Source: an uncultured Rhodospirillaceae bacterium (GTDB lineage Bacteria > Pseudomonadota > Alphaproteobacteria > GCA-2746255). From it: DNA of 25,860 nucleotides. Position numbers and translations under genes: made by a program. The notes under the pieces were generated by a model. That model was not told the DNA's origin. It searched no databases and was given only the letters and a program-made list of their open reading frames with translations. The stretch is from positions 1-25,860 of the forward strand of contig CAYTAE010000003.1 in assembly GCA_964435655.1 (NCBI GenBank). Direction: 5' to 3'. The stretch's first letter is position 1, and the number at the start of each line of letters is the position of its first letter. Shown piece by piece: positions 1 through 7,135 of the stretch.

Positions 1-1
1 A

Positions 2-289
2 GGCGTGACGTACCGAATAGCCGAACAACGCCTTCATGCGAATGCGGCAAGTGTCACCCTGACCTACGTCTTCCGTCCCAGCGAAACAACCTTTCCACCC
101 TTCTTCGACCAGGCGTTGATTGCCAGGCTTGCCGCAGAATTCACCATCCCAATCACCGAAAGCACAAGTCGCTCGGAAGTCCTTTTTCGCCTTGCAGAAA
201 AAGAGATCCGAAATGCCCGCATGATTGATTCGCAGCAGGAAACACCGACCGCGATTGAGGACTTCACACTCGTCGGGGTGCGAAGCTAA
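2..289 (+). CDS. Tail tubular protein A / adaptor (T7 gp11-like), C-terminal part, truncated by window edge
   Basis: Frame is open from the window edge. FPPFFDQALIARLAAEF...ARMIDSQQ resembles gp11-like adaptor C-termini. The stop overlaps the next ATG (TAATG 287-291). Confidence 0.7.
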   Translation, partial: GVTYRIAEQRLHANAASVTLTYVFRPSETTFPPFFDQALIARLAAEFTIPITESTSRSEVLFRLAEKEIRNARMIDSQQETPTAIEDFTLVGVRS

Positions 290-2193
290 TGCCGCGAATT
301 CACAAAACAAAGGCGAGCTTCACCGCCGGCGAACTATCGCCACTTCTTTATGGCCGTAGTGACCTTCGCGCCTATGCCAATGGAGCGGCAAAATTACGCA
401 ACACGTTTATCTTTCCAACGGGTGGGGTGCAACGGCGGGCCGGACTGCGTTTCATCGACACGGCATTAGGCACCGGCAGGTTGGTCGCCTTCGAATTTAA
501 TACCGAGCAGGTCTACCTGCTCGTCTTTACCGATTTTAAGATAGATGTTTACCGCGACGGGCAGTGGGTTGCGGAATTCGCGACACCATGGAGTGCGGCG
601 ATGCTTCCCCAGATCAACTGGACGCAAAGTGCCGACACCCTTCTTGTCGTTCACCCGGACGCTATTCCACACAACATTACTCGGACATCGGATACGGCCT
701 GGGTGATCAATACGTGGAGATATGTGACAGATGCCGAAGGCATGCATCAGCCTTATTTCAAATTTGCCGACGAAACCATTCAGATGCAGCCAAGCGCGAC
801 GACCGGCACCATCACCCTGACAACCACGGACGATGTCTTTGTCAGCGGTCATGGCGGGCTACGATTTCGAATTGAGGAGAAGGAAGTCACGATCCTCGGC
901 ATTATTTCCCCAACCCAGGCAACCGCCAGCGTCCTGGAGACCTTGAATTCAACCAATTTCACCAAGGACTGGGACGAACCGGCCTTTTCCAATGCACATG
1001 GCTATCCGGTTTCCGTCGCCTTTCATCAAGACCGCCTGATCGTTGGCGGGTCCCGGGACCTTCCGAACCGGCTCTGGATGTCGAAATCCTCCGACATCTT
1101 CAACTTCAATATCGGCACCGGGCTTGACGATGAAGCAATCGAGTTTGGGATCCTTTCCGATCAGGTCAACGCCATTCGCGCGGTCTTCTCTGGCCGACAT
1201 TTGCAAGTCTTTACCTCTGGTGCCGAATGGATGGTAACAGGCGATCCGCTAACACCGACGACGGTGCAGTTGCGCCGCCAAACCCGGGTCGGCTCCCCCA
1301 TCGACCGCACCCTGCCGCCAATCAACGTCGATGGGGCAACGCTATTTCTCGCGCGGAACAACAAGGAAATACGGGAGTTTCTTTTCACGGATGTCGAGCA
1401 GGCTTATCAGGCAAACGATCTGGCCCTGCTGTCCCAACATTTGATGAATACACCCGTCGATCAGGATTTCGACCAATCCCGCCGACTTGTGCATATCGTT
1501 ATGAACGATGGCAACCTTGCCACGGTAACTGCCTTTCGGGCCGAACAGGTGACCGCCTGGACGTTGCAGGAAACGGATGGAAGTTTTCTTTCCGTCGCGG
1601 TGGTTGGCAATGACGTTTACGTTCTTGTTCAGCGCGACGGCGGCATTCTGATTGAACAATTTGATGAAAGTTTCTACACCGATTCGGCGCTTAGCGGTCA
1701 AAGCGGCACACCCACAACCACCTGGAGTGGACTCGATCACCTGGAAGGCGAGACGGTAAAAATTATTGCCGATGGAATCTTTCAACAGGATGCCATCGTA
1801 GCCGGCGGTGGCATTACCCTTGACGAACCGGCATCAAGCGTCGAAATCGGCCTGCCCTACACCCATGTTATCGAACCCCTGCCGCCCACCTTCGACGGCG
1901 CGTTCGGCAATCGCCAAGGGGCGGCCCTGCGGCTCATCGAAGCCGCCTTTCATCTCCACGAGACGAAGGCGTTGCGCGTCGATGTCGGCAATGGATTAAA
2001 GGAACTTTCCTTCAAGTCGCTGGGCGTTCCCAGCATTTTGGACACTGCCCCAATCGCCTTTACCGGCAACAAGCGGGTCCGCGCCCTCGGCTGGAAAGCA
2101 ACAGGGGCGGCCCCCCTTTGGCGCATTGCACAGGACACGCCGGTTCCCTTCACCCTTTTGTCCGTCACAACCGAAACCATGGTGAACGACTAA
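289..2193 (+). CDS. Tail tubular protein B / nozzle (T7 gp12, P22 gp10, BPP-1-like)
   Basis: 634 aa; N-terminal SFTAGELSPLLYGRSDL...GGVQRRAG motif typical of podovirus nozzle proteins; YPVSVAFHQDRL and RLWMSKSSDIFNF beta-propeller-like segments. Confidence 0.85.
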   Translation: MPRIHKTKASFTAGELSPLLYGRSDLRAYANGAAKLRNTFIFPTGGVQRRAGLRFIDTALGTGRLVAFEFNTEQVYLLVFTDFKIDVYRDGQWVAEFATPWSAAMLPQINWTQSADTLLVVHPDAIPHNITRTSDTAWVINTWRYVTDAEGMHQPYFKFADETIQMQPSATTGTITLTTTDDVFVSGHGGLRFRIEEKEVTILGIISPTQATASVLETLNSTNFTKDWDEPAFSNAHGYPVSVAFHQDRLIVGGSRDLPNRLWMSKSSDIFNFNIGTGLDDEAIEFGILSDQVNAIRAVFSGRHLQVFTSGAEWMVTGDPLTPTTVQLRRQTRVGSPIDRTLPPINVDGATLFLARNNKEIREFLFTDVEQAYQANDLALLSQHLMNTPVDQDFDQSRRLVHIVMNDGNLATVTAFRAEQVTAWTLQETDGSFLSVAVVGNDVYVLVQRDGGILIEQFDESFYTDSALSGQSGTPTTTWSGLDHLEGETVKIIADGIFQQDAIVAGGGITLDEPASSVEIGLPYTHVIEPLPPTFDGAFGNRQGAALRLIEAAFHLHETKALRVDVGNGLKELSFKSLGVPSILDTAPIAFTGNKRVRALGWKATGAAPLWRIAQDTPVPFTLLSVTTETMVND

Positions 2194-2666
2194 TGGCAGC
2201 TTTAGCTACGATTGCAACGCTTGGTCTCAACATTTTTTCTGCACAACAGCAGGCGCGCGCCCAATCAAAACAAAACCTGGCGCAATTTGCCGCAAACGAC
2301 GCCGCTGCCAAAGCGCAAATTGCCGCCCTTCAGAGGACCGGCACGATTGAGGAACAACGCCGCCGCGATCTTTTGGAAAAAGAAACCGCCGCCCGACGCG
2401 CCCGTTTCGCCGGGCGGGGGCTTGCGGCTAGCGACGGCTCTGCTGCCGCAGTCCTTGGCGGGCTGGCAGAGGAAAGTCGGCTGGCGAACCGGGAAGACGC
2501 CTTCCTTCGCAACGAACGCATCCGTGAACTGGAAGCGGTGCGGCTGGCAAGGGGACGCATCGACCTTTTACAAGCAGCAGATGCCAGGGCGCGCGGGCGG
2601 CTGCAGACACTTCAGGGAGGCATCCCCCTCCTGCAAAGAGCCGGCACGTCCCTGTTCGACCGCTAA
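2193..2666 (+). CDS. Internal virion / ejection protein-like (T7 gp14-like), 157 aa
   Basis: Start moved to ATG 2193 (TAATG coupling). Ala/Gln-rich helical protein with hydrophobic N-terminus and RARFAGRG...DGSAAAVL motif; position after the nozzle gene fits. Confidence 0.55.
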   Translation: MAALATIATLGLNIFSAQQQARAQSKQNLAQFAANDAAAKAQIAALQRTGTIEEQRRRDLLEKETAARRARFAGRGLAASDGSAAAVLGGLAEESRLANREDAFLRNERIRELEAVRLARGRIDLLQAADARARGRLQTLQGGIPLLQRAGTSLFDR

Positions 2667-2703
2667 TCCAAAAACAACCCCATAACCGGAAGAGGTTTCA
2701 AGC

Positions 2704-3840
2704 ATGACTGAACTCACCGTCGGTGACGTACGGCCACGCGTGCAATATACGGCCGATGGCACACAGACAATTTTCGCCTATCCCTTCCCCGTTTTTGACG
2801 CCACCGATATCGAAGTCTTTTTCGACGATGGCGCAACGCCGACGTCCCACACAATTACTGACGTCGGCAGCAGCAATGGCGGCACCGTTGTTTTCGATAC
2901 ACCGCCCACAAATGGCATCCGCCTTACCATCCGACGCGATGCGCCGGTCGCACGTAGTACAGATTTTCAGGAAGGCGGTGATTTTCGGGCCACCGCCCTC
3001 AACGAAGAACTCGATAAACTGACGATGTTCGTGCAAACAATTGCAAGCACTTCGCAAGACGCAATCCACCAAAAAACCCACGACATCGATACCGACATGG
3101 CCCTGCCGCCGGTTGCAACACGGGCAAACAAGCTGCTTGGTTTTGGGCAGTTTGGCGAACCTGCGGCTTATGACCGCGCCGCAACGGAAGCCGACCCCAG
3201 CCTTGGCGGCGAGTCGAATGAAGGCCTAAATCTGGGTGGTGGTGAAGGCGTCTTTGCACAAAAATCCGCGGTTACCCTGCGCTTCAAATCCCTGCTTGCC
3301 GGCGATGGCGTCAGCCTTGCCTCGGATGCGAACGAAATCACCCTTTCCGGCACCGAGCTTGACCTGCTCACCACCCAGGGAGATCTGATCGCCCAGGGCG
3401 CGGCAACGCCAGAACGCCTGGCATTGGGCACGGCCGATCAGGTGTTGAAGGTCAATGGGGCTGGAACAGACCTCGGCTGGGAAACGCTAAAGACTCTTGC
3501 CGGGGCGTCGGTTGATTTTCAGACCTTCGCGATCGCAACGGATGCGGCGGTAAGCCTTACCCCTCCAAAAAACAGCGGCATCGCCCTTGCATTCGGCCTG
3601 AATCAGCTTGGCGATTCGGGCGGCGCGCTCTTTTCCTGGCGCGTGGATAGTTTTCGTTTTTGCGATTTAATCGCGAACATTTCCGGCGTCGAAGCAACAA
3701 CCGGCATCTTGACCGGCACGACGGGAAACACAAACACCGTCACCTATTCGGCCCATACGGACGGCAAGCTTTACATCGAAAACCGGCTTGCCAGCACCCG
3801 CAACATCGCCGTCCTGCTGTTCGCCACGGACCCTGCTTAA
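2704..3840 (+). CDS. Short tail fibre with T7 gp17-like N-terminal attachment domain
   Basis: 378 aa; YTADGTQTIFAYPFPVF...LTIRRDAP...DFQEGGDFRATALNEELDKLTM matches the gp17-type anchor; RBS GAAGAGG upstream. Confidence 0.8.
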   Translation: MTELTVGDVRPRVQYTADGTQTIFAYPFPVFDATDIEVFFDDGATPTSHTITDVGSSNGGTVVFDTPPTNGIRLTIRRDAPVARSTDFQEGGDFRATALNEELDKLTMFVQTIASTSQDAIHQKTHDIDTDMALPPVATRANKLLGFGQFGEPAAYDRAATEADPSLGGESNEGLNLGGGEGVFAQKSAVTLRFKSLLAGDGVSLASDANEITLSGTELDLLTTQGDLIAQGAATPERLALGTADQVLKVNGAGTDLGWETLKTLAGASVDFQTFAIATDAAVSLTPPKNSGIALAFGLNQLGDSGGALFSWRVDSFRFCDLIANISGVEATTGILTGTTGNTNTVTYSAHTDGKLYIENRLASTRNIAVLLFATDPA

Positions 3841-4136
3841 TGACAAAGAGAATGCGCACCCTGCGCGGGCAGATCCATGCTGCCCTTCCCGGCCTGATGG
3901 AAAAGGCGCTGATCGGCTATCGCCATTTCGCCGCCGAAACGCAGCCACGGGACCCCAAAGGCTTTGCCGCCCATCACGCTGCGTGTCGCGCCGCACTTTC
4001 CCACATGGAATTGCTGGTTCGACTCGCGCGTTGGGCAGAAACGAACGAAGGCAACGACGAGGAAATAAATGAAGACATGGCAAAGCTGATTGCCGAAGCG
4101 CGCACAGCCCTGACGGATATGGTTGATGAGGAATGA
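3840..4136 (+). CDS. 98-aa helical protein; candidate terminase small subunit
   Basis: Start ATG 3840 (TAATG overlap with the fibre stop); ATGA overlap with terL; basic N-terminus, acidic C-terminus. Function inferred from position only. Confidence 0.5.
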   Translation: MTKRMRTLRGQIHAALPGLMEKALIGYRHFAAETQPRDPKGFAAHHAACRAALSHMELLVRLARWAETNEGNDEEINEDMAKLIAEARTALTDMVDEE

Positions 4137-5605
4137 GCCAGCCGACATTCCCGGAATTCATCTGGCTGTGGAACCGCCTGCAAAATCTGTCCACGCCAAA
4201 ACTTCACCTGGAGATGGCAAGCTGGCTAGACGCACGCTGGCAGGCCGGCGACCGTGAACTTCTTCTGCTTGCCTTCCGCGATAGCGGAAAATCGACGCTC
4301 GCAGGCCTCTTTGCTGCCTGGCTGCTGAGCAACGACCGGAATTTGCGCATCCTCGTCCTTGCCGCCGAGCAGGAACTGGCAAACAAAATGGTGCGCAACG
4401 TCAAACAGATCATCGAACGCCACCCTCTGACCCGGGGTCTGAAACCAAAGCGGGCCGACCAATGGGCCGCGTCCCGGTTTACCGTCAACCGGCCGATGCG
4501 GCTTCGCGATCCGTCCATGCTTGGGCGCGGCATCAACGCGAACGTGACCGGAAGCCGGGCAGACGTTGTTCTTTGCGACGACGTTGAAGTGCCAAACACC
4601 TGCGACACACTTCCAAAGCGCGTAGATTTGCGTGTGAGACTTGCCGAAATTGACTATGTGCTGGTGCCAAACGGCCTGCAGCTCTACATCGGAACACCAC
4701 ACACCTATTACACGGTCTACGGGGAAACCCCACAGCCGGAAGCTGGTGAAACCCGGGCATTCCTCGAAGGGTTCAAACGGCTGGAGCTGCCGCTGCTCGA
4801 TAACGATGGAAAAAGCCGCTGGCCGGAACGTTTTTCCACGCAAAAGATTGCCGCCATCAAACGCCGCAGCGGGCCGAATAAATTCGCCAGCCAGATGCTG
4901 TTGCGCGCGGTGAACATCATGGAAAGCCGCCTCGACCCGGACCGCCTACGCCTTTACGAAGGCGAACTGAAGTACCGCGAATCAAACCGGGTGGCGACCC
5001 TGACCCTTGAAGGGAAGCGGCTGGTTTCCGCAAGCTGCTGGTGGGACCCCGCCTTCGGCGCGCCGGAACGCGGGGACAAGAACGTCATTGCCGCCGTCTA
5101 TACGGATGAAGAAGGCGGCTATTGGTTGCATCGCGTGCGTTACTTCGTCTGGGACCCGAAATCGAAAGACGATGAAGCCACCCAGCTTTGCCGCCAGGTA
5201 ACGAGATTTTTAAAAGAGCTGCACCTGCCGAGCATGCATCTGGAAACGAACGGGCTTGGGCGCTTTCTTCCCGGTCTGCTGCGACGCGAAATTGCAAAAG
5301 ACGGCCTTGGCACCAGTGTTCTTGAGGCCGTTTCGACGCGCGCCAAAGACCGGCGCATTCTTGATGCGTTCGACGCCGTGCTTGCGGCAGGTGCCCTGCA
5401 CGCCCATCGAAGCGTCTGGGAAACCCCGTTCATCACCGAAATGCGCGAGTGGCAACCCGGCTTGCATGTTCAAGACGACGGCCTTGATGCTGTCAGCGGC
5501 TGTTTGCTTGCCGAACCCGTCCGCCTGCCCGTCACCCCGGCACCAAACCGGCAGGACTGGCGCGGCAACGCCCCCGTCATCGCAAAAATGAATTTTAAGG
5601 TTTGA
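4133..5605 (+). CDS. terL: Terminase large subunit, T7 gp19-like
   Basis: 490 aa; Walker A AFRDSGKST, TGSRADVVLCDDVE (Walker B), coupling motif YIGTPH, nuclease acidic motifs WWDPAFG, LETNG and DDGLDAV. Confidence 0.92.
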   Translation: MSQPTFPEFIWLWNRLQNLSTPKLHLEMASWLDARWQAGDRELLLLAFRDSGKSTLAGLFAAWLLSNDRNLRILVLAAEQELANKMVRNVKQIIERHPLTRGLKPKRADQWAASRFTVNRPMRLRDPSMLGRGINANVTGSRADVVLCDDVEVPNTCDTLPKRVDLRVRLAEIDYVLVPNGLQLYIGTPHTYYTVYGETPQPEAGETRAFLEGFKRLELPLLDNDGKSRWPERFSTQKIAAIKRRSGPNKFASQMLLRAVNIMESRLDPDRLRLYEGELKYRESNRVATLTLEGKRLVSASCWWDPAFGAPERGDKNVIAAVYTDEEGGYWLHRVRYFVWDPKSKDDEATQLCRQVTRFLKELHLPSMHLETNGLGRFLPGLLRREIAKDGLGTSVLEAVSTRAKDRRILDAFDAVLAAGALHAHRSVWETPFITEMREWQPGLHVQDDGLDAVSGCLLAEPVRLPVTPAPNRQDWRGNAPVIAKMNFKV

Positions 5606-5619
5606 ATCAGGAGACCCAC

Positions 5620-5922
5620 ATGCAACCTCATTGGAACGCCGATCTTATTTGGTGGATCACCGCCGTCGAAATTCCAGCACTTGCCGGTTTGTTCTGGCTT
5701 ATCTGGCGCGCCCGTGGCGAATGGCAGGAATCCCTGCTACGCCTGCATCGCATTTTCGAAGAAGGGATCGACGCCCATCGTGACACCCTTGCCGCCTTCA
5801 AACTGGAAGTCGCAAAATCCTATGCGTCGATCGCCCTTCTGAAAGATGTCGAAAACCGGATCACGCGGCATTTGCAGCGGATCGAGGACAAGCTCGACAA
5901 TCAGATCCAGAGGCGGCGATGA
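5620..5922 (+). CDS. 100-aa single-TM plus coiled-coil protein (holin-like or lysis accessory)
   Basis: Start reassigned to ATG 5620 behind RBS CAGGAG; TM segment LIWWITAVEIPALAGLFWLIW followed by heptad-like LKDVENRITRHLQRIEDKLD. Confidence 0.6.
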   Translation: MQPHWNADLIWWITAVEIPALAGLFWLIWRARGEWQESLLRLHRIFEEGIDAHRDTLAAFKLEVAKSYASIALLKDVENRITRHLQRIEDKLDNQIQRRR

Positions 5923-6344
5923 ACGCCCGGGAAAATGCGCGGGAAAGCACGCGGCAGCTTGCCCGGCTGTTGGCAACGACGATCTGTGTGGAAAGCCAGG
6001 TCCACGCCCGCAAATCCCACCCGGGCAATGTCCGCGACATGGAGGCCATTGCGGCCACAATCCTGAACCGCGCCGCTCGGGAAAGGGAAAGCGGGATGCG
6101 CGGGAACCGTTGCGCACAAATTTGCCACGAAAATCTAGCGGCCCATTCGTTTGAACAAAACACGGACACGCCGCTGTTTAACATTGCCCTTCGCATTGCC
6201 ACGCGCGCCCTTGCCGGCGTGCTTGTTGACCCGACCGAAGGCGCCACCCGGTTTCATCCACGCAGCTGCTTTCCGGTCTGGGCCAAGGGCTGCACGCCCA
6301 CAGCCGAGATTGGCAACCACCTTTACTATCGGGAGGAACTTTAG
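5919..6344 (+). CDS. SleB/Hydrolase_2-like cell wall hydrolase (divergent)
   Basis: LATTICVE (catalytic Glu position), MEAIAATILNR, DPTEGATRFH, WAKG...IGNHLYY; the family QFS segment is not visible. Confidence 0.75.
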   Translation: MNARENARESTRQLARLLATTICVESQVHARKSHPGNVRDMEAIAATILNRAARERESGMRGNRCAQICHENLAAHSFEQNTDTPLFNIALRIATRALAGVLVDPTEGATRFHPRSCFPVWAKGCTPTAEIGNHLYYREEL

Positions 6345-6836
6345 ATGTTGGCCGCCCTGCTTGCCCAGATCGGGCTTCCGCTTTTAATCAACACGGTTGG
6401 CAGCGCCCTTGGCATGGTCGATCACCCGACCGCAAAATCCGCCGCCGGGGCGCTGAAAAACGTCGGCAACGCCATCGCGAAAGGCGCAATTTCACCGGAA
6501 GCCGTGCATGCGGCAAATCGGCATGTCGAACATATGGCAAAAATCGATGCCGACCGGGAAACAAAAATCTTACGGGAAATCAACCAGACGATTCGCACCG
6601 AAGTCCATTCGAACGATCCCTTTGTCCGGCGCATGCGCCCCACATTCGGCTACATTCTGGCCGCGACCTGGCTCGCCCAGATGCTAGCCGTCGCCTATGT
6701 CATTGCCTTTGAACCTGCGCGCGCCGGGTCCGTCATCGGTGCGATGGCGTCCCTGAGTGCGATCTGGAGCGTGGGCCTCGCGGTCCTTGGGATTTATGTC
6801 TACAAGCGGTCGAACGAAAAAATGGGGGCGCGTTGA
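6345..6836 (+). CDS. Holin resembling the GTA_holin_3TM family
   Basis: DPFVRRMRPTFGY motif, two C-terminal TM segments and a terminal KRSNEK tail; directly follows the hydrolase gene. Confidence 0.75.
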   Translation: MLAALLAQIGLPLLINTVGSALGMVDHPTAKSAAGALKNVGNAIAKGAISPEAVHAANRHVEHMAKIDADRETKILREINQTIRTEVHSNDPFVRRMRPTFGYILAATWLAQMLAVAYVIAFEPARAGSVIGAMASLSAIWSVGLAVLGIYVYKRSNEKMGAR

Positions 6837-6837
6837 T

Positions 6838-7041
6838 TTAACGCCCGGCCCGGGTCATCGCCTTGTAAATGGCAATCGCATTTTCCGCCGAGGACGCCCC
6901 GGCAGCCATGCCGTCTGAAATTTTCTTTTCCGAAGGCTCCGCCTCCACAAGCAAAACGCCCATGCGCTGATAGGCCGCGAACAGATCAAGCGAGAGACGG
7001 TACGCGTCGCTTGGGCCGGAACGATTGAACGAATTTTCCAT
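6838..7041 (-). CDS. 67-aa hypothetical protein
   Basis: Fills the gap between the holin and pyrD; helical PSEKKISDGMAAG...AIYKAM segment; weak RBS. Confidence 0.55.
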   Translation of the reverse strand: MENSFNRSGPSDAYRLSLDLFAAYQRMGVLLVEAEPSEKKISDGMAAGASSAENAIAIYKAMTRAGR

Positions 7042-7066
7042 AACAAAAGAGAACCTAATGGAAAAT
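7033..7066. repeat. Perfect 9-bp inverted repeat ATTTTCCAT-N16-ATGGAAAAT
   Basis: Read directly: arms 7033-7041 and 7058-7066; one arm covers the ATG of the 67-aa ORF. Confidence 0.8.
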
Positions 7067-7135
7067 CCTTACTGAAACCTTTGTCCGGGGGCGTTGCTAT
7101 CCACAGGCCATGCTTTCCGCTAGGCTGGCGGCGTT

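Larger units (their letters stand above)
1..6836 (+). mobile_element. Podovirus-derived tail/packaging/lysis gene cluster (5' part outside window); prophage-like or GTA-like element
   Basis: Nine co-oriented, nearly gap-free ORFs with tail-tube, tail-fibre, terminase, cell-wall-hydrolase and holin signatures; no integrase or replication gene in the window. Confidence 0.85.

Noticed and set aside
2212-2685. Alternative-frame 157-aa ORF over the gp14-like gene
   Set aside because: Pro/Arg-rich with no RBS; the 2193 frame has TAATG coupling and virion-protein character.
5846-6154. Possible nested o-spanin ORF in the lysis region
   Set aside because: No hydrophobic signal peptide or lipobox.
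2704-6836. BPP-1-style diversity-generating retroelement acting on the tail fibre
   Set aside because: No reverse transcriptase and no template/variable repeat pair seen in the window.
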